Position numbers and translations under genes: made by a program. This document shows, in pieces, positions 52,412 to 63,503 of a stretch of DNA of 64,000 bases (positions are counted from its first letter, which is position 1; every line of letters starts with the position of its first letter). This stretch comes from a virus (taxonomy: Duplodnaviria > Heunggongvirae > Uroviricota > Caudoviricetes): the IMG/VR virus record IMGVR_UViG_2623620505_000001, one strand, 5' to 3'. The notes under the pieces were generated by a model. The model was not told where the DNA came from. It worked only from the letters and a program-made list of their open reading frames with translations, and did no database searches.

Positions 52412-53053
52412 TTATAAATAGTTCTGTTTACCTGTTAATTCTCCTTGCGGCACTTGTTTTTGCGTTAGTGTTTGAGTTCCGCGAATTATGTTAATCAGGG
52501 GACTTAGTAATGATGGTTCCTGATGGGCCTCAACTTCTCCAGCCATTGCCCTGATGTAGTCGGCGCTGGCAACGTTGTTGTATTCCGTCGCAAAGCAACA
52601 TAGTAACGTCAGAACATGTTCTGTCGTTATTTCGCTCCAGTTGATGTTGAAAAATTCATCGCCTTTTTTATCGTGTTCGGAATCGAAGATGCTTTGGTGA
52701 AGGATGTATTTGCCGGATTCCTTGCGCGGTAACTTGATCGCTTTCTGGCGTTCCAATTCCTTGTAAATCTGCATTGCTTCAATCAGTACCGGTCTGCCGT
52801 TCATGAAGGGATCACGCAACCTTACACGCTGGCCAACTCGACCGGTAATAAAGCTGTTTTCCTCTTCCACCAGCACGATAAAACCCTTTTCCTCTTTTTC
52901 TCGCAATTCGCGCAGCAGCTGGAGTTCCATATCGCGGCGGCGTTCAGGGTAGCTGGTCCGCTCAGCCATTATCAGCTCATTGTTGATCCATGCAGCAGTC
53001 ATTGACGCCGGTTTGCCGACGCTCATTGAAACAACGCATATTTTCTTATCCAT
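52412..53053 (-). CDS. hypothetical protein (position of P1 mat)
   Basis: Track ORF 52412..53080 trimmed to MDKK ATG; backbone-like GC content. Confidence 0.45.
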   Translation of the reverse strand: MDKKICVVSMSVGKPASMTAAWINNELIMAERTSYPERRRDMELQLLRELREKEEKGFIVLVEEENSFITGRVGQRVRLRDPFMNGRPVLIEAMQIYKELERQKAIKLPRKESGKYILHQSIFDSEHDKKGDEFFNINWSEITTEHVLTLLCCFATEYNNVASADYIRAMAGEVEAHQEPSLLSPLINIIRGTQTLTQKQVPQGELTGKQNYL

Positions 53054-53241
53054 AGCGCCCCTACAAAAAAGAAAAGCCACCAGCGGCGGCTTAGCAATAC
53101 AACTGAAGGTAGCGCCCGGTACTCAGACTGTGCCGTCCATGGAATATTTGAAAAGGGATCCATCCGTACCGGGCGTGTGATGATTCTGACTCAAGTCACT
53201 TGTCAGTTGTCAATCATTTAAGATTAAAAATAATATATTTA

Positions 53242-53802
53242 TTAGTGCATGATGTTTGCCATTTCATAGGCGTCAGCCAGCAACTCCATCTCTGACTTGT
53301 TCAACAAGGTGAATTCTTTCTTGCCTCCTACCACGCCATCTGCATGAACAGGGACCAGCCAAGGGTATTTTTCTCTTACTTCAGCCGGTGCTGCATGCTG
53401 GTGGTGCCATCTGCAAAGGGGCAATTGCTTTTTGTGACAACCCGGCGCGGTACGACCGGAGATATGGTGCAGAGACACCTCTTCAGATATTACTCCATGC
53501 ATGTAGCAGGCAATGCAGGGGAGAGTGCCAAGAGCATTGGCGATGGTCCGTTCCTCCGCCGTCGGTGTTCGCCCCTTCAAGCCACGAGATTTTATTTTTA
53601 CCGCACTTTTCCGCGTTTTGCTGGCTGGTGGGCGCTCTTTCTGTTTAGCGATACGGCGGTCGATAGAATCCCGCATTTTCTGATATTGCGATTCTCGCCA
53701 GGCGGGGTCAGCCAACTTTTCCCGTTGCCGAGCGATCGCTCGTTCTCTGGCTGCCTTCTGCCACTCGCGGCGCTGTTCAAGTTTTTGTTCGATTGTTTTC
53801 AT
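53242..53802 (-). CDS. ref: Ref-like HNH endonuclease (RecA-dependent)
   Basis: Track ORF 53242..53880 trimmed to MKTIEQKLEQRREWQKAARE start (186 aa) as I recall for P1 Ref; Cys/His HNH-like motifs CIACYMHG...HH...CRWHHQH; C1-operator upstream. Confidence 0.8.
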   Translation of the reverse strand: MKTIEQKLEQRREWQKAARERAIARQREKLADPAWRESQYQKMRDSIDRRIAKQKERPPASKTRKSAVKIKSRGLKGRTPTAEERTIANALGTLPCIACYMHGVISEEVSLHHISGRTAPGCHKKQLPLCRWHHQHAAPAEVREKYPWLVPVHADGVVGGKKEFTLLNKSEMELLADAYEMANIMH

Positions 53803-53890
53803 ATGGCAAAAAAAAGGCGGCCTAATGGCCGCCAATGATGTCAAGGAGTGAAGTAATGGCAACGTCTTCGTAGTTGACAAAAACTGCGGC

Positions 53891-53917
53891 TAAATTATAG
53901 CAATCAATTAGAGCAAT
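53891..53917 (-). promoter_or_regulatory. two overlapping C1 operator-like sites upstream of ref
   Basis: Reverse strand ATTGCTCTAATTGATTG (53901-53917) and adjacent ATTGCTATAATTTA. Confidence 0.6.
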
Positions 53918-54020
53918 GGCAGATATTTTGTTTATCGCGAATCACATTTTTTCACTTCAGTACCTGTGTGCTATACTCCTTCTTGATTGATTGGATGCGG
54001 AATACAAACCCGCTCTTTTG

Positions 54021-54050
54021 TGCAGCCTGGCTCCTTGCCAGGCTTTTTTT
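54021..54050 (+). terminator. rho-independent terminator on + strand
   Basis: AGCCTGGC tccttg GCCAGGCT followed by TTTTTTTTAT. Confidence 0.6.
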
Positions 54051-54361
54051 TATTTCATCATGGAAGCTGTTAACGCTTTGGACCTTGCTGAACTGATTGA
54101 AAGGGCATTGTTTACCTTACCCAGGAGTTCGCCAAATTCCCCCATCACTCTAGTAAGCCCGCGCCGCGCTTCCTCCTCCGTTGCATTCATCACAAAATGT
54201 TCAGCACTCCGCATGCTTTTAACGGGGAACGCAACAGATATCGAGTCGATATCAGGCATCCTATCGCTCAACTTTACGGTGACAATGACAGATGGTGACA
54301 GAATATTAGTGCTTACAGACAGCACTACATATTTTCCGTCGATGTTGAAATCCTTTCTCAT
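54050..54361 (-). CDS. hypothetical protein between cre and ref (position of P1 cra/hxr)
   Basis: 103-aa ORF with C1 operator-like site just upstream. Confidence 0.4.
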   Translation of the reverse strand: MRKDFNIDGKYVVLSVSTNILSPSVIVTVKLSDRMPDIDSISVAFPVKSMRSAEHFVMNATEEEARRGLTRVMGEFGELLGKVNNALSISSARSKALTASMMK

Positions 54362-54377
54362 ATGCCACCATAAATAT

Positions 54378-54394
54378 CAAAGAATTAGAGCAAT
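54378..54394 (-). promoter_or_regulatory. C1 operator-like site
   Basis: Reverse strand ATTGCTCTAATTCTTTG. Confidence 0.5.
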
Positions 54395-54411
54395 CATTTA
54401 CGCGTTAATGG

Positions 54412-55443
54412 CTAATCGCCATCTTCCAGCAGGCGCACCATTGCCCCTGTTTCACTATCCAGGTTACGGATATAGTTCATGACAATATTTACATTGGTCC
54501 AGCCACCAGCTTGCATGATCTCCGGTATTGAAACTCCAGCGCGGGCCATATCTCGCGCGGCTCCGACACGGGCACTGTGTCCAGACCAGGCCAGGTATCT
54601 CTGACCAGAGTCATCCTTAGCGCCGTAAATCAATCGATGAGTTGCTTCAAAAATCCCTTCCAGGGCGCGAGTTGATAGCTGGCTGGTGGCAGATGGCGCG
54701 GCAACACCATTTTTTCTGACCCGGCAAAACAGGTAGTTATTAGGATCATCAGCTACACCAGAGACAGAAATCCATCGCTCGACCAGTTTAGTTACCCCCA
54801 GGCTAAGTGCCTTCTCTACACCTGCGGCGCTAACCAGCGTTTTCGTTCTGCCAATATGGATTAACATTCTCCCACCGTCAGTACGTGAGATATCTTTAAC
54901 CCTGATCCTGGCAATTTCTGCTATACGTAGCAGGGTATTATAAGCAATCCCAAGAAATGCCAGATTACGTATATCCTGGCAGCGATCGCTATTTTCCATG
55001 AGTGAACGAACCTGGTCGAAATCAGTGCGTTCGAACGCCAATGCCTGTTTTGCACGCTCACCGGCATCAACGTTTTCTTTTCGGATCCGTCGCATGACCA
55101 GTGAAACAGCATTGCTGTCACTTGGTCGTGGCAGCCCGGACCGACGATGAAGCATATTTAGCTGGCCCAAATGTTGCTGGATAGTTTTTACTGCCAGACC
55201 GCGCGCCTGAAGATATAGAAGATAATCGCGAACATCTTCAGGTTCTGCGGGAAACCATTTCCGGTTATTCAACTTGCACCATGCCGCCCACGACCGGCAA
55301 ACGGACAGAAGCATTTTCCAGGTATGCTCAGAAAACGCCTGGCGATCCCTGAACATGTCCATCAGGTTCTTGCGAACCTCATCACTCGTTGCATCGACCG
55401 GTAATGCAGGCAAATTTTGGTGTACGGTCAGTAAATTGGACAT
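54412..55443 (-). CDS. cre: Cre site-specific tyrosine recombinase
   Basis: 343 aa beginning MSNLLTVHQNLPALPVDATSDEVRKNLMDMF..., recognised as Cre; loxP 420 bp upstream. Confidence 0.97.
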   Translation of the reverse strand: MSNLLTVHQNLPALPVDATSDEVRKNLMDMFRDRQAFSEHTWKMLLSVCRSWAAWCKLNNRKWFPAEPEDVRDYLLYLQARGLAVKTIQQHLGQLNMLHRRSGLPRPSDSNAVSLVMRRIRKENVDAGERAKQALAFERTDFDQVRSLMENSDRCQDIRNLAFLGIAYNTLLRIAEIARIRVKDISRTDGGRMLIHIGRTKTLVSAAGVEKALSLGVTKLVERWISVSGVADDPNNYLFCRVRKNGVAAPSATSQLSTRALEGIFEATHRLIYGAKDDSGQRYLAWSGHSARVGAARDMARAGVSIPEIMQAGGWTNVNIVMNYIRNLDSETGAMVRLLEDGD

Positions 55444-55450
55444 TTAACAC

Positions 55451-55672
55451 TCAGATAATGGTTTTAAGTAAAGTGTACAGGATCGGCTCTGCCTTTACCT
55501 GTTTATGGTTCTCGTCATAGAAACGCCAGCGACCGCGCGTGCGTTCTATTTTCTCTTCACCGCGCGATAATGACAGTTGACAACTATCACGATCAAACCC
55601 TTTTGCCCGCCAGTAACCACGGTTTTTCTCAAGCTCAAGATGAGTGGACACTTTAGCAGCTGAATATCCCAT
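55451..55672 (-). CDS. small ORF in cre leader region
   Basis: 73-aa ORF between loxP and cre; coding status uncertain. Confidence 0.3.
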   Translation of the reverse strand: MGYSAAKVSTHLELEKNRGYWRAKGFDRDSCQLSLSRGEEKIERTRGRWRFYDENHKQVKAEPILYTLLKTII

Positions 55673-55861
55673 TTTTCACCTCTGATTGATTGGTGGTGCT
55701 AAGTGCGCTACGCGAAATCTGGAGCACAAACACTGCCAACATTTCACAGATTTTACGTAGCGCAACCTTGATCAAATGATCAAGTGATCACTATTTGACC
55801 TGATAAGGTATTGAACTGTATGGATTTACAGGTAAATTGATCATGTTCAATAACCCTTAAG

Positions 55862-55895
55862 ATAACTTCGTATAATGTATGCTATACGAAGTTAT
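55862..55895. other. loxP: loxP recombination site
   Basis: Exact 34-bp ATAACTTCGTATA ATGTATGC TATACGAAGTTAT. Confidence 0.97.
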
Positions 55896-55938
55896 TAGGT
55901 CTGAAGAGGAGTTTACGTCCAGCTGCGCATAAAAATCA

Positions 55939-55955
55939 AGAATTATTAGAGCAAT
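55939..55955 (-). promoter_or_regulatory. C1 operator-like site in immC region
   Basis: Reverse strand ATTGCTCTAATAATTCT. Confidence 0.6.
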
Positions 55956-56014
55956 AAATTTTGAGAGAAAAATCCCACTCCACCAGCCAAAAACTGGATT
56001 GTTTTTCATAGTTG

Positions 56015-56042
56015 TTTGACAATTGCTCTAATAAATTATAGT
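56015..56042 (+). promoter_or_regulatory. sigma70-like promoter with C1 operator in spacer, reading toward coi-c1
   Basis: TTGACA (56015-20), ATTGCTCTAATAAATTA (56022-38, near-consensus operator), TATAGT (56037-42). Confidence 0.65.
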
Positions 56043-56276
56043 TTTGCCGCCGTTTCGTAATACGACTTTGGATTCACTATTTAATGTGTCTTCAGCGTTG
56101 TAGAGCGGCTCAGAAGGAAATGAGCAAACAGGGAAACCTTATACAACGGCATTACAGCTATGCATTGCTCATCTTACACACAGCGCAATGTTGTTAGATT
56201 ACCCCAGCATGGATCATGGGTGAAACAGTAGGTCAGAGCTTCAGGCTCTGTGTTGTCAATACAGTGAGGCATAATT

Positions 56277-56486
56277 ATGGCTTTCATTCCACCAACCATC
56301 GACGACGTTAGACATTGCTCTAACGCTTTATCTGTAGACCCCGCCGAAACCGACGCTGCCCGCGCCATTGCTGAACACTACTCAAAGATATCCAATCAGG
56401 AGTACCGCATCACCCAAGACGACCTGGATGATCTCACTGACACAATCGAATATCTCATGGCCACTAACCAGCCAGACTCACAATAA
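56277..56486 (+). CDS. coi: Coi-like C1 inactivator
   Basis: 69 aa acidic protein directly upstream of c1. Confidence 0.6.
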   Translation: MAFIPPTIDDVRHCSNALSVDPAETDAARAIAEHYSKISNQEYRITQDDLDDLTDTIEYLMATNQPDSQ

Positions 56487-56596
56487 ATGCACTAATAAAT
56501 CTATTATTTTCGTTGGATCCTTCTATAATGGTGGCCAACAACTCCCAGTGTAATCCGCTGTGAGTTGTTGGCCATGTCAATTCTGGAGGAGGATCA

Positions 56597-57448
56597 ATGA
56601 TAAATTATGTCTACGGCGAACAACTGTACCAGGAGTTCGTCAGCTTCAGGGATCTCTTTCTAAAAAAAGCTGTTGCACGCGCCCAACACGTTGATGCCGC
56701 CAGCGACGGTCGTCCTGTACGCCCGGTTGTCGTTCTGCCGTTCAAAGAAACGGACAGCATTCAGGCTGAAATTGATAAATGGACTTTAATGGCGCGGGAA
56801 CTGGAACAGTACCCAGACCTCAATATCCCAAAGACTATTTTATATCCAGTGCCTAACATCCTTCGCGGTGTGCGTAAGGTTACAACTTATCAGACAGAAG
56901 CAGTGAACAGCGTCAATATGACCGCTGGCCGCATTATTCATCTGATTGATAAGGACATTCGCATCCAAAAAAGCGCGGGGATCAATGAGCACAGTGCGAA
57001 ATACATAGAGAACCTGGAAGCAACAAAAGAGCTAATGAAGCAGTACCCGGAGGATGAAAAATTCCGTATGCGCGTACACGGCTTTAGCGAAACAATGCTG
57101 CGCGTCCATTACATTTCCAGTAGCCCTAACTACAATGATGGTAAATCAGTTAGTTACCATGTGCCGCTGTGTGGTGTGTTTATCTGCGATGAAACTCTCC
57201 GTGATGGAATCATCATCAACGGTGAATTCGAGAAAGCAAAATTTAGCCTTTATGACTCTATAGAACCGATCATCTGCGACCGCTGGCCGCAGGCAAAAAT
57301 ATATCGCCTGGCAGATATTGAAAATGTAAAAAAACAAATTGCCATCACTCGCGAAGAGAAAAAGGTCAAATCAGCCGCATCAGTTACGCGCAGCCGTAAA
57401 ACTAAGAAGGGGCAGCCAGTAAACGACAACCCCGAAAGCGCGCAATAG
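56597..57448 (+). CDS. c1: C1 immunity repressor
   Basis: 283 aa (P1 C1 size); its operator consensus occurs at least 8 times in the window; between loxP and pacB. Confidence 0.85.
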   Translation: MINYVYGEQLYQEFVSFRDLFLKKAVARAQHVDAASDGRPVRPVVVLPFKETDSIQAEIDKWTLMARELEQYPDLNIPKTILYPVPNILRGVRKVTTYQTEAVNSVNMTAGRIIHLIDKDIRIQKSAGINEHSAKYIENLEATKELMKQYPEDEKFRMRVHGFSETMLRVHYISSSPNYNDGKSVSYHVPLCGVFICDETLRDGIIINGEFEKAKFSLYDSIEPIICDRWPQAKIYRLADIENVKKQIAITREEKKVKSAASVTRSRKTKKGQPVNDNPESAQ

Positions 57449-57472
57449 TTTCTATCCGGCATGGTCAATGAG

Positions 57473-58957
57473 TTATTCATTAAGCCATGCCAGAGCTTCA
57501 TCAACCTGCGCTTCGTCTTCGACGCTAAGCACTTCATCCTGGGGAACATAATCCGCCAGCATAGCGAAACAATATGTATCCCAATGGTCTGGTGAGTGCA
57601 GGTTGAGTTTTTTCTTCATATCCTCCTTACTCATCACCTTCCATTGACCTGCGGAGTTAATCCCTACAGGGATTTTCGACGCTTCCTCAATAGTTTCATT
57701 ACCCTTATCCAGTCTCATACGACCTGATTTTACGGCCTCTGCGGCTTGAACGTTGGCATAAGCACGCTTATCAAAGTACAGGCTCTTATCTTCACGGCTA
57801 TGCATCTTTTTACCCCAGCGTATACGCTGTACGGTAATACCATAATACTCGTACATCAGATCCGCCGTTGCTTTACCCAGGCCATCGCCGTCTATCGCTA
57901 TGGTGATATTTGGGAATCGCTCAGGATTACATTCTGCGAAAATTTTGGCGGCAAGCTGCGTTTCTGTAACGTCTGTGTATTCCAGCATTCGATAGTTGAT
58001 TACACGGCGTTTATTTCTCTGGCCGGACACCATCATGATATTGATAACGGACTTATCCCGTCCCGTACCACCAGCAACGTCCACACATGCAAGCCAGCCC
58101 CATCCTTTGGCAATCTTGACTTTCCGCCGCGTCGCACGTTCAACCTCATCACGTCCAAGAAGGAAGCCATCCTGTGATTTAGGGAATAGTCCGCGTACTT
58201 TAATCATGTACATAGGGTTATCACGCCCGCCGTACTCCGCCAGCTTCATTTTGATAAATGCTGGCGTTACCAGCGGTGATTCCTCACTGTTAAGCGTGAT
58301 CGCCGTATAAACGCCATCAGGGTTACCAGGACGCTTGGCCAGTTTATGGTGAGTATCGTAGAAATAGCCGCTTGGGCGTGTAGGCTGTGACAGTAATAAG
58401 ATGCGGTTATCCTGTCCGGTAAGAGCACCAGTGATGATACCGAAAGCTCTATCACTGACACCGGAGGCTTCATCGATAATATACAGAAGATGATCTGCGT
58501 GTTCACCGGCGAGAGCTTCTTCACTTCCCAGACGAAAGCCCTTCGGTACTACAGTCCATACACCTTTACCAGTAACCTCATAGAAAGCGGTTTCTGTCAG
58601 AACAAAATAATCAGCAAGCCATGGAAAACGGCTGGTGGCAGTAGCCCAGTTTATCTTGATGTACTTGAATATACCGGTCATTACCTGCTGAATTTTGTTC
58701 GCAACGATAATGGCGCGGGCACCGGGATACATGATTATGAACAACATGATCATGATAGAAGTCATGTCTGATTTCCCGGTACCGTGACCAGACGAAACAG
58801 ATGTCTTGCTACCCTGTTCCTGCACAGACTCAATAATCAGATCCTGCTGCCAGGTAGGTGTTTTGCCGAACAAAACATCAGCGGCCGCAATCCAGTCATA
58901 ACGATATAGCGCCACCAGCTCGCGCCAACGTGGATCCGTTACGCAACTTCTGGCCAT
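57473..58957 (-). CDS. pacB: terminase large subunit PacB
   Basis: 494 aa; Walker A SGHGTGKS, Walker [10 protein letters not shown]; downstream of pacA. Confidence 0.9.
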   Translation of the reverse strand: MARSCVTDPRWRELVALYRYDWIAAADVLFGKTPTWQQDLIIESVQEQGSKTSVSSGHGTGKSDMTSIMIMLFIIMYPGARAIIVANKIQQVMTGIFKYIKINWATATSRFPWLADYFVLTETAFYEVTGKGVWTVVPKGFRLGSEEALAGEHADHLLYIIDEASGVSDRAFGIITGALTGQDNRILLLSQPTRPSGYFYDTHHKLAKRPGNPDGVYTAITLNSEESPLVTPAFIKMKLAEYGGRDNPMYMIKVRGLFPKSQDGFLLGRDEVERATRRKVKIAKGWGWLACVDVAGGTGRDKSVINIMMVSGQRNKRRVINYRMLEYTDVTETQLAAKIFAECNPERFPNITIAIDGDGLGKATADLMYEYYGITVQRIRWGKKMHSREDKSLYFDKRAYANVQAAEAVKSGRMRLDKGNETIEEASKIPVGINSAGQWKVMSKEDMKKKLNLHSPDHWDTYCFAMLADYVPQDEVLSVEDEAQVDEALAWLNE

Positions 58958-60150
58958 TAATCATCATCCCCGTATAGCTTGCGGGTAACTTCTTCGTCTT
59001 CCTCCTCGTCTTCGTCCAGGTCTTGTTCCAGCCATGGGTCGTTTGATACACCTTCAGTATCAACATCTCCATAACCGCCTGTATCAACAATATCGGCGAT
59101 TTCTTCCCTACGCTGCTCAATCCACAATGCGGCATCGGCGCGGCGGTTGGCGGCCCGTTCTCGCGCAACTTTGTCCAGATCTTCAAGAGAAGGGCCACCG
59201 ACGGCTGTTTGCCTTTCCTCATCATCGGTATTGGTCTTAGGAGCACGCAGATCGGCTTTGATTTGCTCCAGCATCAGGGGCGGTACTTTCCCTCCATGCG
59301 CCTCGATGAATTCAGCTGCCTCCAGCACTGACCAGTTGTTTTCACGCTTTCGTTCGTATGCCAGCTTAACAATGCCAGCTTGCCCCATAGACAAAGCGTG
59401 CTTTTCCGCCTCCCGGCTTTCTTTTCGATAGTTATTCCGGATGCTGTAAATGGTGTTGATCAGGCTGCTTATCTGCGCGGAACAGCTGTTTAGCATGCTC
59501 GCGATACGGTATTCAGGCGGAGTTCCTTCATCATCGTCTTTTTGCTGATCGCGCATTTCCTGAACCAAGCGAATACACGTATCCCTGGCGTTCTCCAGCA
59601 TAAGGAGATGAGAGAGAGACTTTTCCAGAAGAGTGGTTTCCAGAACATCAGCCCCGGACCGACGCAACATAGCGCGCGCGGCCTTCCGCGCTTCAACGTT
59701 ATCTATCAGGTAATCGCCAGCTTCGAATTCAAAGCGTTCACCATCATCATCCAGGGTGTCGCGTTCCAGGCGATCACGTAAGGTCCGGTGGGCGCGGGTG
59801 ATCACGTCATGATCATCAGAACGATCATTTATGCGCTTATTCTGGCGCTTCGCGTTCTCGACTGCGGCACTGACAACAGCATTAACTCTTTGTTTTTCAG
59901 CCATTTCAGCCACAATGTGATCACCTGCACGTTGATCATTAGCGTGATCAATGATCATGCTTTTTAGTGGTTTTCTGACAGGCTTATTTGGCTTACGGCT
60001 GTCCGCTGTTCCGGTGTCTTCTTTGAATGCACGGAGATAACGACGTGCGGTGTTTGGGTTGAGATTAAACTCGGCGGCATATTGTGCGATGGTGTAACCA
60101 CCATCTCGCGCCAGGCGAGCAAAATTCTTCTTGTGATCGTCCCAGGTCAC
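58957..60150 (-). CDS. pacA: terminase small/pac-recognition subunit PacA (GTG start)
   Basis: 397 aa, acidic C-terminus; contains GATC-rich pac site. Confidence 0.85.
   Translation of the reverse strand: MTWDDHKKNFARLARDGGYTIAQYAAEFNLNPNTARRYLRAFKEDTGTADSRKPNKPVRKPLKSMIIDHANDQRAGDHIVAEMAEKQRVNAVVSAAVENAKRQNKRINDRSDDHDVITRAHRTLRDRLERDTLDDDGERFEFEAGDYLIDNVEARKAARAMLRRSGADVLETTLLEKSLSHLLMLENARDTCIRLVQEMRDQQKDDDEGTPPEYRIASMLNSCSAQISSLINTIYSIRNNYRKESREAEKHALSMGQAGIVKLAYERKRENNWSVLEAAEFIEAHGGKVPPLMLEQIKADLRAPKTNTDDEERQTAVGGPSLEDLDKVARERAANRRADAALWIEQRREEIADIVDTGGYGDVDTEGVSNDPWLEQDLDEDEEEDEEVTRKLYGDDD
59770..59960. other. pac: pac packaging site (two clusters of TGATCA/G hexamers with Dam GATC sites)
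   Basis: Seen: TGATCA at 59799, 59810, CGATCA 59823; TGATCA at 59918, 59933, 59945, 59952. Matches known P1 pac organisation. Confidence 0.75.
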
Positions 60151-60236
60151 TTATGCTTCCTTTCGTATAAAACTCTTTTTGACGCGAGGGTAACGAAAGT
60201 CACATGTCAAAAGGCCCGGAACGGGCAAGCAATCAA

Positions 60237-60689
60237 TCAGATACGTGCGGATGTGGCATTACCGTAATGACGGTGCTGACGGACCACCTTATTGAAAAGT
60301 TGACGCGCCATCACCCAAGGCTGGTGCTCCCGGCGTTCCTTTTCGTCCTGCGTCATATAGAGTTCGTTCTGGAGTTTTTCATCAAACCGGCGCGGAGCGC
60401 GGCTGCGGCGAAAGAATTCAGGATTCAGAGAGTGGATCTGAAATCTACGTGGGCGTGTACTGTCATCAATCAAAACAGACGAATACTTAGACACAGCGAT
60501 AGCCTTTAAGCGCAGATAAACATCGCGCTTATCGACATCCAGATGCGGGTATTCCTTTTCAAGAATTGCTGCGAGTTCTTTCGCTGATAGAAGAGATTTA
60601 GTGCGGATCATGTAATCCGCAATCTCGTACGATGTTATTCGTGAGTGATTTATTTCCATGAAGTGGCGTCCCTGCCAGTTAAGTAACAT
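60237..60689 (-). CDS. lpa: late promoter activator Lpa (gene 10)
   Basis: 150 aa immediately upstream of pacA, C1 operator-like site upstream. Confidence 0.75.
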   Translation of the reverse strand: MLLNWQGRHFMEINHSRITSYEIADYMIRTKSLLSAKELAAILEKEYPHLDVDKRDVYLRLKAIAVSKYSSVLIDDSTRPRRFQIHSLNPEFFRRSRAPRRFDEKLQNELYMTQDEKERREHQPWVMARQLFNKVVRQHRHYGNATSARI

Positions 60690-60759
60690 CCTGTCACCTA
60701 CTGATTAGCCCATGTCAACTAATCAACGTCGAATATAATACCCTCGATTAAAGAAATAG

Positions 60760-60776
60760 CAATACATTAGAGCAAT
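60760..60776 (-). promoter_or_regulatory. C1 operator-like site upstream of lpa
   Basis: Reverse strand ATTGCTCTAATGTATTG. Confidence 0.6.
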
Positions 60777-60777
60777 T

Positions 60778-61821
60778 TTATCTAACGCTCGACGAGTGAC
60801 TTGTGATAGCGCCGACTCCAAGCGCGTAATCAAAGAACAATCGTTGATGCATCGCCAGCCTACCGTGCGTCTTCTCCCAATTATCGCGGTCACGCTCAAT
60901 ATCACGCTGGCATGACTGGCACAGAGGAATAGCATAAATGTCATGCGCGCATAATCGACTATGACGAACGATATAAGGCGTAATGTGAGCGCCAGCTCCC
61001 GCAGCTCCACAGCCACAGCATGGACGGGAAGCCACAAAGTCCATGTACTCGGGCAATTTTAGCGATTGAAGTTTTGGTATTTTGAAATGCGCCATATCTG
61101 GGTCGGAGTCAACATCCACAGGGCATACTTTTGCACGCATTGGCGCGGCGCGTTCTTCCATCATCTGAACATATGCTGTAGCGCGATCGTCATACGGGCG
61201 AATATCCGCCTCTTTCAGAGGTCCGCTATCCTGCGGAGTAGCCTTCATCTTATTTATTGATATGCGGCAGACTTCTTCCGGCATCAGGTGCATCATGTTG
61301 CGCATGAAAGCCCACCAGCACAGTTCCTGAATACTTAAATCATGGCCATCTGAAAGCCCCATTTCCTGACGGGCGACATCCAGTATCCAGTTAACGCGAT
61401 TATTATGCAGCGTTTCTTTCAGCTCATTAAAACCACGCATCCGGTAATGGTTATCGTGATGCCAGCACAACAACACCGCGCTCTTGTCTCGTTCAGCGTG
61501 GACAATATGGTTGTCACACCAACTACGATCTGCGGCCTGGCATTGACCCTCTTTCCTACGCAACCACGCCACCAGCGAGTCAATTCCACCAATACGGCGA
61601 AACAGTTCATCGCTGTTAAAAAACGGCTGCAACGCCTCATTTGTTGCCATGGTTTGCTCGGTAACAACGAGGCCGTCTTCCATGTGCTCGATTAACTCAC
61701 GCGGCACCGGCTCCATAATAAATTTACGGCCAGCCTCCACCAGCTTTCTGACCTCCTGATCCACTTTGAACGTGGCGAGGCCAAGCTCTTTCTGTACAAA
61801 GGGAGTAATTATGGCTTTCAC
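60778..61821 (-). CDS. pdcB: PdcB-like protein
   Basis: 347 aa between doc and lpa; position only. Confidence 0.5.
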   Translation of the reverse strand: MKAIITPFVQKELGLATFKVDQEVRKLVEAGRKFIMEPVPRELIEHMEDGLVVTEQTMATNEALQPFFNSDELFRRIGGIDSLVAWLRRKEGQCQAADRSWCDNHIVHAERDKSAVLLCWHHDNHYRMRGFNELKETLHNNRVNWILDVARQEMGLSDGHDLSIQELCWWAFMRNMMHLMPEEVCRISINKMKATPQDSGPLKEADIRPYDDRATAYVQMMEERAAPMRAKVCPVDVDSDPDMAHFKIPKLQSLKLPEYMDFVASRPCCGCGAAGAGAHITPYIVRHSRLCAHDIYAIPLCQSCQRDIERDRDNWEKTHGRLAMHQRLFFDYALGVGAITSHSSSVR

Positions 61822-61848
61822 ATCACACCTTTAATCACTGATTGGGCT

Positions 61849-62049
61849 TTATCTGCTGCCCGGCATTCTCTGTTTAAGCACAACCATTTCCTGACGGCAT
61901 AACACAGCAATAGCGGTCCTGACTCCAATTTGCTTACCAACCAGGTATTGCTTTACCTTGCGGCGGCTCACGCCATCAAGAAGCATCTTTAACGCTTCAC
62001 GGGACAACTTGTTGTATTTACGTGCCATTAATCTACTCCGCAGAACCAT
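61849..62049 (-). CDS. small basic protein (position of P1 pdcA)
   Basis: 66-aa ORF, start uncertain. Confidence 0.35.
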   Translation of the reverse strand: MVLRSRLMARKYNKLSREALKMLLDGVSRRKVKQYLVGKQIGVRTAIAVLCRQEMVVLKQRMPGSR

Positions 62050-62413
62050 ACAATCTACGTAACGTGTCGGCGACAGAAGATACAGATATCTCGCCAGTCG
62101 CAGCGCCTACAGTAAGGTCTGCCAGTTCAGGTGAATCAAATACCTGCACCCCGTTACGGCGTAGAAATAGCAGCGCACTGTTTAGCGCGGTACGCTTATT
62201 GGCATCATTGAATATATGCCCTCTCGCTGTAGCCACCAGGTAGGTGGCGGAGACTTCGAAAAGGTCGGTGATCTCTTCGTAGGCAACTCTGGCCTGAACT
62301 CTCCCGATAATGGCCTCTGCCCTACCCGGATCAGACATTCCCGGCAGGCCGCCGTAGCGGCTTATATTCGCATCATGAAGCGCAACAAGTTCTTCCGGTG
62401 ATATATGTCTCAT
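62033..62413 (-). CDS. doc: Doc toxin (Fic-fold kinase)
   Basis: 126 aa MRHISPEEL...[23 protein letters not shown]; Fic-like motif; overlaps phd stop. Confidence 0.9.
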
Positions 62414-62634
62414 TATCGGTTAACCAGTTCCTTGTTGGTGGAGTCCAGGGTGTCAAACAGGGATGCAAATTCAGCATCCAGCGCCGCTTTTTTGTAGGCT
62501 TCGAAAGTAGCCTTGCTGACAATTACTGCTGGCTCACGGCCTCTGCGGGTGATTTCAACCTCTTCCCCGGCTTCAACATTGTTGAGCACTTCAGAAAGGT
62601 TGCCACGCGCGGTACGGAAGTTAATGGATTGCAT
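62413..62634 (-). CDS. phd: Phd antitoxin
   Basis: [73 protein letters not shown]. Confidence 0.9.
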   Translation of the reverse strand: MQSINFRTARGNLSEVLNNVEAGEEVEITRRGREPAVIVSKATFEAYKKAALDAEFASLFDTLDSTNKELVNR

Positions 62635-62706
62635 AAACACCTCGTGTACTCGTTATGTGTACACAATTATAAACTTCACAGGCATAAAGCACCAGCACTT
62701 TGCAGC

Positions 62707-63096
62707 TTAAATAACCGGACAATCATCAAATTCCCCACTTCGGGCATCATTGATGACATGAGTGATCACACCAAAAACAGCATTACTGCCCGTGTATCCA
62801 TCGTCATCTACTGGTAACGCCTCTTTCTTCCCGGTGCTTAAGTCCTCCAGGTGCTGGCGCGGATACTTCCTGTATCTCTTTATGCGATATTCACCCTCCA
62901 TAGCGCACACAAGCAGAGAACCATCAACCGGAGTAAGCGAGGAATCAACCACCAGCAAAGCACCCTGCAATATTCCCTCACGGTGATGGCTATCAGCTGC
63001 CCGCATGAAGTAGGTCGCTGAAGGATGTCTAATTATCTGCTGATCAAGAGAAATTCGGCTTTCAACATAATCCGCCGCAGGAGAAGGGAAGCCCAT
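62707..63096 (-). CDS. humD: HumD (UmuD-prime-like S24 peptidase-fold protein)
   Basis: 129 aa with YFMRAADSH and LLVVDSS motifs resembling UmuD. Confidence 0.75.
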   Translation of the reverse strand: MGFPSPAADYVESRISLDQQIIRHPSATYFMRAADSHHREGILQGALLVVDSSLTPVDGSLLVCAMEGEYRIKRYRKYPRQHLEDLSTGKKEALPVDDDGYTGSNAVFGVITHVINDARSGEFDDCPVI

Positions 63097-63219
63097 AGCG
63101 TTTTACCTCAATGATACTGTTTATTCATACAGTATACATTGAAAAGGCATAGTTTGTGAAAGCGGGGTTTGTAGGCGCGCCACGCTGGGGGCTAATCACA
63201 TTTCTCCCCCATCTTGCCG

Positions 63220-63471
63220 TTATTTTTTTGGTGCATCCTCGTTCTGATACACCGGATCGCTCCCTTTTGGCAACTGGAGGCTTAACTGCCGGTAGTGCCG
63301 TAGCCGTTCCATGAAATAGGCGCGCAGGTTTTCCGGTTGCTCACGGGCCACCTGCTCTGCAATCACAGGTATATTCAGCCGTTCTTTGTAAGCAACGCCG
63401 CTGGCGGCAAGGTCTACGTTCACCTTGTCTCGCTCTTCCTGGCTTTTAGCTGCTATATTTCGATCTGACAC
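63220..63471 (-). CDS. hot: Hot (homolog of DNA polymerase III theta subunit HolE)
   Basis: 83 aa; [43 protein letters not shown] resembles E. coli HolE. Confidence 0.75.
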   Translation of the reverse strand: MSDRNIAAKSQEERDKVNVDLAASGVAYKERLNIPVIAEQVAREQPENLRAYFMERLRHYRQLSLQLPKGSDPVYQNEDAPKK

Positions 63472-63503
63472 AAGAAACCTCCAGGAGTTAGTGGATCAGG
63501 CAC

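Noticed and set aside
53991-54482. 163-aa + strand ORF overlapping cre end and the 103-aa gene
   Set aside because: Antisense to better-supported genes, no RBS, and it runs through a strong terminator hairpin.
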